From assembly GCF_009914755.1 (NCBI RefSeq), contig NC_060940.1: a DNA stretch of 64,000 bases. The stretch is one strand, 5' to 3'. Below are positions 50,026-64,000 of this stretch, one piece after another (the first letter of the stretch is position 1; every line of letters begins with the position of its first letter). The DNA is from the human T2T-CHM13v2.0 reference genome, Homo sapiens. The notes beneath the pieces are model-generated. The model was not told the origin of the DNA. It saw only the letters and a list, made by a program, of their open reading frames with translations, and made no database searches. A program made the translations under genes and the position numbers.

Positions 50026-50836
50026 GTGCGTGTGGAGGGTGCTGGGCTGGGTCTGCCTGGTCTCCCAGGACCTGTGCCCCACACGCTGGCTGGAGGCTGC
50101 CCGTGGGGTGTTGTGTGTTGTGCATGGTGGTCTGACAGCCGGGGCCATAAACTCCCCAGGGGCAGGAGGCTCCATCTGCGGGCTCCGAGCTCCTGCAGCT
50201 GGTCCTCTGGGTAGTGGGGACTGGCTGTCGGAGGTAGAAACCCACTCAGCTCTCTAGAGGAAGAGGATGGTGGCCAGGGGTGGCATTGGCAGCCACAGAG
50301 AGTGCTTGGCATCTGCTGACGGGCCGTACGGTGGATCCTGGACACTCTTGGTCTACCCCCACGCCACCCACACTGCTTCTAGTCTCACGGGGTTCTCTCT
50401 GGCCACCCCAACATCATGTGACCTTTTAGTTCAGCTTGTTAAAAGTCAGCTGCCAGCTGGCTGAGGGGTAGGCTGAGGGGTAGGTGGACAGGGAGCCAGG
50501 AGGCCCTGGTGCCCAGCCCAGAAAGGCTCAGCCCCTGCCCTGGGGGATGCACCTGCAAGCATGAGGTCTGAGGGGTTGGGAGAGTCCTTCAGGAGCATTC
50601 AGGGTCCAGTGCTTGCCAGGCCACGTGCCCAGTCATCCCCAGAGCCCTTGGAAAGGGCCAGCCAGCGTGGGAGTCTGGGCTGCAGGGCCCAGAGGGGAGG
50701 AGGGCAGGGACCACCGTGCAGCGTGCTAGGGGATCGCAGATTCCTGGTGGGGCCTGGCTGGGGGATACAAATCAGACCCCCAGCCCTGCCACCCAGGCCC
50801 CTGTGGCCCCACTCACAGTGTCACTTTCCCTTTCAG

Positions 50837-51109
50837 ATCCTCTCCGGCCCCTGGAGTTCCTGAGGACTTCCCTGGGGGGCAGGTTCCTGGTGCACGAGTC
50901 CTTCCTCTACAGGAAGGAGAAGGCGGCTGGGGAGAAGGTGTACTGGATGTGCCGGGACCAGGCTCGGCTGGGCTGCCGCAGCCGCGCCATAACCCAGGGC
51001 CACCGCATCATGGTCATGCGCAGCCACTGCCATCAGCCTGACCTGGCAGGCCTGGAGGCCTTGAGGCAACGGGAGCGGCTCCCCACCACGGCCCAGCAGG
51101 AGGACCCAG
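50837..51109 (+). CDS. FLYWCH1: FLYWCH1 coding exon, FLYWCH zinc finger 5
   Basis: Acceptor tttccctttcAG; DPLRPLEFLRTSLGGRFLVHESFLY...; donor CAG|gtacag; 273 nt. Confidence 0.95.
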
Positions 51110-51199
51110 GTACAGGCAGGCTGTGGGGCAGAGGCAGGGCTGTGGGCATCCTCATCTCTTCCAGCTCAGAACTGATGCCCCAGGCCAGGCACCCACTGA

Positions 51200-51469
<270 letters not shown>

Positions 51470-51578
51470 TAGCCAGGATGGTCTTGATCTTCTGACCTCG
51501 TGATCCGCCTGTCTTGGCCTCCCAAAGTGCTAGGATTACAGGCGTGAGTCACTGTGCCCAACCTTTTTTTTTTCTTGA

Positions 51579-51776
<198 letters not shown>

Positions 51777-51986
51777 TAAGGGCCATGTCCTGTATAACAG
51801 TAACAAATCCAAGTTGGCCAGGCACAGTGGCTCACGCCTGTAATCCCAGCACTTTGGGAGGCTGAGGCAGGCGGATCACCTGAGGTCAGGAGTTCGAGAC
51901 CATCCTGATCAACATGGAGAAACCCCGTCTCTACTAAAAATACAAAATTAGCTGGACATGGTGACGCATGCCTGTAATCCCAGCTA

Positions 51987-52106
<120 letters not shown>

Positions 52107-52122
52107 TCAAAAAAAGAGAAGA

Positions 52123-52227
52123 AAAGAAAACAGCCTGGCCAACATGGTGAAACCTTGAAAGAAAACAGCCTGGCCAACATGGTGAAACCTTGAAAGAAAA
52201 CAGCCTGGCCAACATGGTGAAACCTTG
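52123..52227. repeat. 35-bp x3 Alu-derived tandem repeat
   Basis: aaagaaaacagcctggccaacatggtgaaaccttg x3. Confidence 0.92.
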
Positions 52228-52718
52228 TCTCTAAAAAAAAAGTTTATAAATCAGCTGGGCACAGTGGTGCACGCTTGTGGTCTGAGCTCCTCAGAAAAGG
52301 GGAGGATCACTCTAGCCCGGGAGGTTGAGGCTGCAGTGAGCCATGCACTGCAGTCCAGCCTGGGTGACAGAACAAGACCCTGTCTTTACAAGAAATTTTT
52401 TTGAGAAAAGGATTTCTTTGAGAAAGCCACTATCGAGCTTACAGAGAAAGTTGTGCTGGAGGCCTGGCCTTTCATCTTTGATGTCTAGTTGACCCCCACT
52501 ATTTTCCATGACAGCAGCTGAAGGTCAACTCTTAGGAGCTCAAGTAGCTGCTGTTACCTGGGAAGGTAATTGATGCGTTGAATTCCCAGCGTTGCTTCAC
52601 CCGGTTGTCTTTCTCCTCACAGCCTTGAGGGCGTCGTTAACAAGGTGTGTGTCCTTGGTTCTGTCAGCTTCAACAAGAGAAGAATTATTAATTCATATTT
52701 TCAATTATTTTTCCACAG

Positions 52719-52779
52719 AAAAGATTCAAGTTCAGCTGTGCTTCAAGACGTGTTCTCCTGAAAGCCAGCAGATTTATGG
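52719..52779 (+). CDS. FLYWCH1: FLYWCH1 penultimate exon
   Basis: Acceptor tttttccacAG; EKIQVQLCFKTCSPESQQIYG; donor TGG|gtaatt; 61 nt. Confidence 0.88.
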
Positions 52780-52785
52780 GTAATT

Positions 52786-53335
<550 letters not shown>

Positions 53336-53492
53336 TGAGTCTCAAACTTCTGACCTCAAATGATCCTCCTGTCTCGGGTCTCCCGAGTGCTGGGATTACA
53401 GGCAAGAGCCACTGTGCCCAGCCTTGTTATTGGTTTGTAATTACATCCCACTATGGTCAAAGAACATACTTTGTATCATTTCAGTCCTTTCA

Positions 53493-53630
<138 letters not shown>

Positions 53631-55298
53631 TCAGGCATGGTGGTACATGCATGTAATCCAAGCTATTCGGGAGGCAGAGGTTGCAGTGAGCCAAGATTGT
53701 GCCACTGCACTCCAGCCTAGGTGACAAACAAAAACCAAATCAAAAACAGAGAAATTTGGGAAACTCAGAAATACGTAGAAATTAAAGAACACACTTATAA
53801 GAAACCAGTGAGTCAGACTGGGCATGGTGGCTCACGCCTGTAATCTCAACACTCTGGGAGGCAGAGGCAGGAGGATCACTTGAGCCCAGGAGTTTGAAAC
53901 CAGTTGGGGCAACAGAGCATGACCCTGTGTGTAATTTAAAACAAACAAAACAATGAGCCAAAGAAGATAATTATAAAATACTTTGAAATAAAACTTAGGG
54001 GATGCACTGAAAGCCGTGCTTAGAGGGAAATCTATAGCTAAAAACACTTCTATTAAAAAGGAAGAAGCCTGGGCAACATGGTGAGACCTCGTCTCTGCCA
54101 AAAACTCAGCCAGTCATGGTAGCATGTGCTGGTAGTATCGCTTGAACCTGGGAGATTGAGGCTGCAGTGAAGCATGATTGTACCACTGCACTCCAGCCTG
54201 GGAGACAGAGCAAGATCCCATCTCTAAATGAATAAACAGGGCCAAGCATGGTGGCTCACACCTGTAATCCTAGCATTTTGGGTGGCTAGGGTGGGAGGAT
54301 CGCTTGAGCCCAGGAGTTCCATACTAGCATGGGCAAGACCTCATCTCCACAAAAAATAGAAAAACTAAAAAAAAAAGAACTAAAAGTCTGGGCGTGGTGG
54401 CTCACACCTGTAATCCCAGCACACTGGGAGACCGAGGGAGGTAGATCACGAGACCACGGGTTCAAGACCAGCCTGACCAACATGGTGAAACCCCATCTCT
54501 ACTAAAGATAGAAAAATTAGCCAGGCGTCGTGGTGGGAGCCTGTAGCAGGAGAATTACTTGAACCCAGGAGGTGGAGGTTGCAGTGAGTCAAGACTGCGC
54601 CACTGCACTCCAGCCTGGGCGACAGAGCAAGACTCATCTCAAAAAAAAAAAAAAAAAAAAAAACACTGAAGCAGAAGGAAGGAAATAAATAATAAATGAA
54701 ACCAAAAGTTGGTTCTGTATAAGGATCAATAAAATTGACAAATATTTAGCTCTACCTACAGATCAAAAAAATTGAAAAGCAAGAATACTGAAAATACTAA
54801 AATCAGGAATAAAGATGAGACCTTACTATGGACCTCATTCTGGCAGAGTCTCATTCTGACACCCAGGCTGGAGTGCAGTGGTGCCATCTCAGCTCACTTG
54901 AACCTCACCCTCCTGAGTAGCTGGGACTACATGCACGCACCACCACGCCTGGCTAATTTTTCTATTTTTAGTAGAAACGGGGTTTTCCCATGTTGTCCAG
55001 GCTGGTCTCCAACTCCTGGGCTCAATCAGTCCACCTGCCTTGGCCTCCCAAAGTGCTGGCATTACAAGCATGAGCCGCAATGCTTGGCCCCAGCTCATTC
55101 TCTAAGACCAGTATCACCCTGATATCAAAACCAAGCAAAGGAATCACAAAGAGAAAACTACAGACCAGTATTTCTTAGGAACGTAGAATACCAGCAAACA
55201 GAATCCAGCAACATAAAAAAGGATTATATACCATGACCAAGTAAGATTTATCCCAGGAATGCATCAACATGCAAAACCAATTAATGTAACACAGCATC

Positions 55299-56160
55299 TG
55301 TACAGATCAGCCTTAACACGGCAGGCCTGAGACTGCTGCCCTAAGAACAGCCTGTGTGCAAGGTTCACCCTTGGCTGGCATCTGGGAACTTTTTTTTTTT
55401 TTTTTTTTTTTTTTGAGACGGAGTCTCACTCTGTCGCCCAGGCTGGAGTGCAGTGGTGTGATCTTGGCTCACTGCAAGATCACTGTGAGTGATCCCAGGT
55501 AGCTGGGATTAGAAGTGCGCACCACCACGCTCAGCTAATTTTTGTATTTTTAGTGGAGACGGGGTTTCGCTATGTTGGCTAGGCTGGTCACGAACTCCCG
55601 ACCTCAAGTGATCCACCCGCCTCGGACTCCTAAAGTGCTGGGATTACAGGCATGAGCCACCACGCCCAGCTGGCATCTGGGAACTTGACTGGTAAAGAGC
55701 TCCTATGTGGATACAATACTATCCCCAAATAACAACTGCTCACTCTTTTCTATACAAATCATGTGATATTTGCTGAACACTTGCTTTTCTTCTGAGCCTG
55801 GCATTTCGGTGACCATATTCAGTCACGCAGGCACAACGTACCTACATGAGCAACCCCCAGTGAAAACCCTGGACTCCTGGGCTCAGGCAGGCTTCCCTGG
55901 TAGAGAACACTTTGCACATGTCACAGCTCGAGGCTGGAGGATTCAGCACATTCTGCCGGAGGGGACCCCAGGGGAGGGGACTCTGGGGGCTTGTACCTGG
56001 TTTCCTCCGGCCCTCACCCCAAATGCATCTTCCTGTTACTAATTCTGCGTCGCATCTTTTCACCGTAGTAAATCCCAGCCACTAGTATGATGGTAGGCTA
56101 AGTCCTGTGAGTCCCTCAAGTGCAGTCACCAAGCCTAGTGTGTGATGGGGATGCCTGCAT
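55299..56160 (+). mobile_element. MER68-like LTR inside L1 sequence, interrupted by an Alu
   Basis: GCAGGCCTGAGACTGCTG...CCCTTGGCTGGCATCTGGGAACTT; the Alu is flanked by duplicated tggcatctgggaactt. Confidence 0.6.
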
Positions 56161-56257
56161 ACCAGATCAGTAGAGAAAAGGACAAAAACCGTGTGATCAC
56201 TGAATAGACACAAAACATTTGACAACCTCCAACACGCTTTCATGATAAAAACATTCA

Positions 56258-56605
<348 letters not shown>

Positions 56606-56920
56606 CTACAAAAAAATTTAAAAATTAGCTGTGTGTGGTGGTACATGCCCAGCTACTTCGGAGGCTGAGATGGAAGTGTCACCTGAGCCTGGGAGGTTGA
56701 GGCTGCAGTGAGCTGTGATCATGCATCTACACTCCAGCCCAGCGGACGGAGAGAGAACCTGTCTCAGAAATAAAAGTAGAGCACGACAGCTCCCACCTGT
56801 CATCCCAGCACTCTGGGAGGCTGAGGCGGGCGGATCACCTGAGGTCAGGAATTCCAGACCAGCCTGGGGAACATGGAGAAACTCCGTCTCTACTAAAAAT
56901 ACAATAGCCAGGCTTGGCTA

Positions 56921-59118
<2,198 letters not shown>

Positions 59119-59294
59119 TAGCTCGGATTACAGGCGTGTGTCACCACAACTGGCTAATTTTTTGTATTTTTAGTAGAGATGGGGTTTCACCATGTTGGCC
59201 AGGCTGGTCTCGTACTCTTGACCTCAGGTGATCCACCTGCCTCAGCCTCCCAAAGTGCTGGGATTATAGGAGTGAGCCACTGTGCCTGGCCCAG

Positions 59295-60284
<990 letters not shown>

Positions 60285-60327
60285 TTAGCTGGGCGTGGTG
60301 GCACACACCTATAATCCCAGCTACTCA

Positions 60328-60456
<129 letters not shown>

Positions 60457-60493
60457 TTACAGTACTAAAACAGAACCTGATCACATGAGTTCA

Positions 60494-60721
<228 letters not shown>

Positions 60722-60777
60722 TTAATTAAAGGAGAACTTTGTGTTTCTTGATGAAGAACCTTGAGGCTTGGGTGTCA

Positions 60778-61083
<306 letters not shown>

Positions 61084-61357
61084 TTAGCTGAGCATGATGG
61101 CATGCACCTGTAGTCCCAGCTACTCAGGAGGCTGAGGTGGGAGAATCACTTGAACCCAGGAGGCGGGGGGTGCAGTGAGCCGAGATCGCACCACTGCACT
61201 CCAGCCTGGGTGACAGAGCAAGATTCCGTCTCAAAAATAAATGTTCTAGACTGTGGCATCCCCAGGAAAAAGGATTCCAGGAATCCTGAACTTTCTGGGT
61301 TATCTATTTCCACCATGTTTTGATGTGTGCAATGAACATGTGTCTCTTTGTAATTAG

Positions 61358-61397
61358 GGACATCAAAGACGTCAGACTGGATGGCGAGTCCCAGTGA
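61358..61397 (+). CDS. FLYWCH1: FLYWCH1 last coding exon
   Basis: Acceptor tctttgtaattAG; [12 protein letters not shown]; the coding exons sum to 2151 nt = 716 aa + stop. Confidence 0.88.
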
Positions 61398-62459
61398 GGC
61401 GATGTGGGCAGAGGAGCTCCGAGCCGCCCACCCAAGGTGGCTTCACATCCACACAGGCACTTCCCATCCACCTAGGTTTGGCTTAGCAGAAACTTCTTTT
61501 CATTCTTCCAAAGCATCGATGGTCTTCGCGTCTCCTCAGGAGGTCTCCCAGGAGGAATTCTTGGATGGTGTCCTCATGTTGGCGGAGAACAGTGCTCAGA
61601 GCTGGCGCTTGCAGACGCAGCTGTCGTGGGGCAGGGCGGTGGCGCCTTCCTGACCTTTGGAAGACATGACAAAGCTGCCTGGACACGGACGCCCCTGCTG
61701 TACGGCCACAGCACCCCTGGGTTTGCAGAGCACGCAGCCTTCCTAGGGCTTTCCACCTGGCGAGGCCCCGCTCTGCTCAGCACGGTGCAAAGTGAATGCT
61801 GCTGTCTTGGAGCCTGGGCACGTTTGGGGAAGTTCCTGCTTCAAACTGAGCTGCCCCGCATAGGCCAGGTCAACCCACACCAATCTTTTCTGGACAGGTG
61901 CTGGGTAGGCCTTCCTGGTCTCTGGCCGCCTGCTGCCAGGGTGTGGCCATCCCCAGCAACCGGAGCCGGCCAAACCAGAGGCCTCGCTCCGCACTCCACA
62001 CTTTCCTTTCTGTGCTCCTTCCAAGTTAAATTAAACCCCCTCTCCACGATTCCCACGGCAGGCGTCATTCCCGAGATGGGAGCCAGTCCAGGGGTCAGCA
62101 GGAGCCAGCGCTGGGCACACGTGCCCTGGCTGAGGCCAGCGGCATCCTGGGTGGCCCAGGTCCATCCTGGGCAGCAAAGGCGTGTCCCCTTCTGTCAGAC
62201 AGCTTCACAGAGTGTGGCTTCACCAGTCAGAGGGAGCAGTCCGGAGAGGCAAGATGACCCCACCGGGACTGCAGAGCCTCCTCCTTACTAACAAGGACCT
62301 GTCCGCAGCCGCGAGGTCCTTCACTCCCACCCTGTAATTGTGGGGGGAGTGCCAGCAACAGGCCTGTCCCCTGGCAAGTTGGCCACGGAACCCACCATGC
62401 ACTGCAAGGCTGTGACAGCCTGGGCACCCCTGCTTCTCCTCTGCTTGTACGGTTCCCCC

Positions 62460-62465
62460 AATAAA
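62460..62465 (+). terminator. Proximal polyadenylation signal (candidate)
   Basis: AATAAA with GT-rich sequence downstream. Confidence 0.55.
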
Positions 62466-63850
62466 TCCTATTTTCCATCTCACCGTGTGGAGCTGGTACT
62501 TGTTCACATCCCTCTTGCAGCAACAGTTGGCCGCCGTGAAACCACACTCCGTCACATCTCCATGCCAGTGCCCAGGGGGAGACCCCTCCCCATGCCTGGG
62601 CTGTTACAGTCACCTGGCCCAGACGTAACCTGGACCAAGAGTGGACGGAGACACCTGGGGTTGGGGCCTCTGGAAGGGCTGCTGAGGGGCCAGCTGCAGC
62701 CTGTGGCCTCTCCCAGGCCCGGATATGGCAGGACATTTGCGTCGTGTTGCTGGAAGAGGCAGGATGCTCTGTTCTCGCCATTAGCCTGCGTTACGCCTAG
62801 ACTCATCTGCATAAGCCTGGGCAAGTGGCACCCCTGGGCCAAGGGCAGACTTGCCCACCCGTCCATCCTTTGCCTATGGCAGAGGACACACAACACAGTG
62901 GCTGCGCTTTGGGCACTGTTCTCGGCCCTGAAGCATCCTGCCCCGAGGCTGACCTAACTGCCCCCAGCTGGACTCATGGCCAAGGCTACAGACCCAGTAC
63001 TCCAATCCCGACTCCCACTGTGTGGTCCAAATGTGTACGCCCACAGGAGGCAGCCATGCCCGAGGAAGGTACTTGCTGAAAGATGGTCCAGTTCATGCCG
63101 CCACCAGCTGGACCTCTGATCAGGCCCCCTGCAGAAGGGGAAGCTCTCCACATGCCCAAGATACGAGAGAAACGCCCGGGTCACAGCAGCCTGAGTCACT
63201 GCAGCCTCTGCTACCTGCCAAGCCTGCGCCCTCCACCTGTGGGCTCCTTGCCTCTGTGATGGGGCCTCCACGGCCAGCATCTTCCCGCCATGGTCACATG
63301 ATGCCATGCCCTGCTCTGGGCACCCCTAAGCGGGTATGAGGCGAATCAGAGGAAGAATATCGGCTTCTCTTCCCTTTTGGATATTTGCGTCATTGACCGG
63401 GACTGGCCCACTCTTCCTCTGCCTCACGCCTGCTTTGACCTTAGAAGACAGACGGCAGCTCGCGTTGCTGGGCTGAGATTCTCCAATGGACGTGAATTTA
63501 GATGATGCTGTTGCCTTGGGTGGCTTCATGGCCACCAACCCGCACCCTGGTGGCCACTCAGCCATGACAAGGGCCTGACAGCCACTAAGTGAGCTTCAGA
63601 GCCTTCCCCTTGCAAAGTTCCAGGGCCACCAGATGTCGCCTGCCCAGTCACTGTCACAGAGTTAAAGCGTGCGGGTGAACGCTGGCCGCGGAGCGTGCAG
63701 CCCGGCAGCAGCTCAGCGGGGCAGCTCCTGCTTCCAGCCCTGCCTCTGCTGGTGCTTCGCCCACAAACCCTGCTGTATGACATTTGCACCACATGGTGTG
63801 TGTCCGTGCCCTTTGACATGACAGTGCCAACAACATCTCATGAAATTTAA

Positions 63851-63856
63851 AATAAA
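63851..63856 (+). terminator. Distal polyadenylation signal of FLYWCH1
   Basis: AATAAA in an AT-rich context at the end of the unique segment. Confidence 0.7.
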
Positions 63857-64000
63857 TCCCCAAGGCATCAGAAACGTATCAACTAAGAACTCTAAGTTTG
63901 AAAATGGGGGTGGGGCAGTGGCCAGTTCCGGGAGCCCCTGGCCCCCCGGGACCTGACCCACAGTCATAAGGTGGGCCCCATTCCCCAGTGGTCCCAGCCT

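Larger units (their letters stand above)
61398..63875 (+). other. FLYWCH1: FLYWCH1 long 3'UTR (end approximate)
   Basis: About 2.5 kb of Alu-free unique sequence after the stop, with AATAAA at 62460 and 63851. Confidence 0.7.

Noticed and set aside
49119-50135. 338-aa ORF, the longest in the track
   Set aside because: It is a real 88-codon exon with chance open GC-rich intron on either side; canonical splice sites define the exon.
61626-62957. 200-aa ORFs downstream of the FLYWCH1 stop
   Set aside because: They start at non-ATG codons in a GC-rich 3'UTR and show no recognisable homology.

Overview
Mammalian (primate, very likely human 16p13.3) genomic DNA, extremely Alu-dense. It contains the 3' part of FLYWCH2 (a non-coding exon plus two coding exons, 140 aa) and the complete FLYWCH1 gene (CpG-island promoter at about 24.5 kb, 2 non-coding and 8 coding exons, 716 aa, five FLYWCH zinc-finger repeats), both on the + strand. 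All exon boundaries were read from the sequence and give continuous frames. Most entries in the ORF track are Alu or GC-rich noise. The most unusual structure is in FLYWCH1 intron 2: an aberrant HERV-K(HML-2) integrant made of a minus-strand LTR5, a full-length CCA-ended copy of the primer tRNA-Lys(CTT) with a substitution at A58, and inverted, internally scrambled gag, all flanked by a 110-120 bp target duplication. It looks like a fossil of reverse-transcription read-through and template switching. Other notable items are a 19-copy CCAAT/GC-box array beside an orphan CpG island, a nested LTR2B-in-LTR13-in-Alu insertion, FLYWCH2/FLYWCH1 paralogy with signs of gene conversion, and an RPL23A processed pseudogene. 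Gene and repeat-family names come from recalled sequences, not from a database search.
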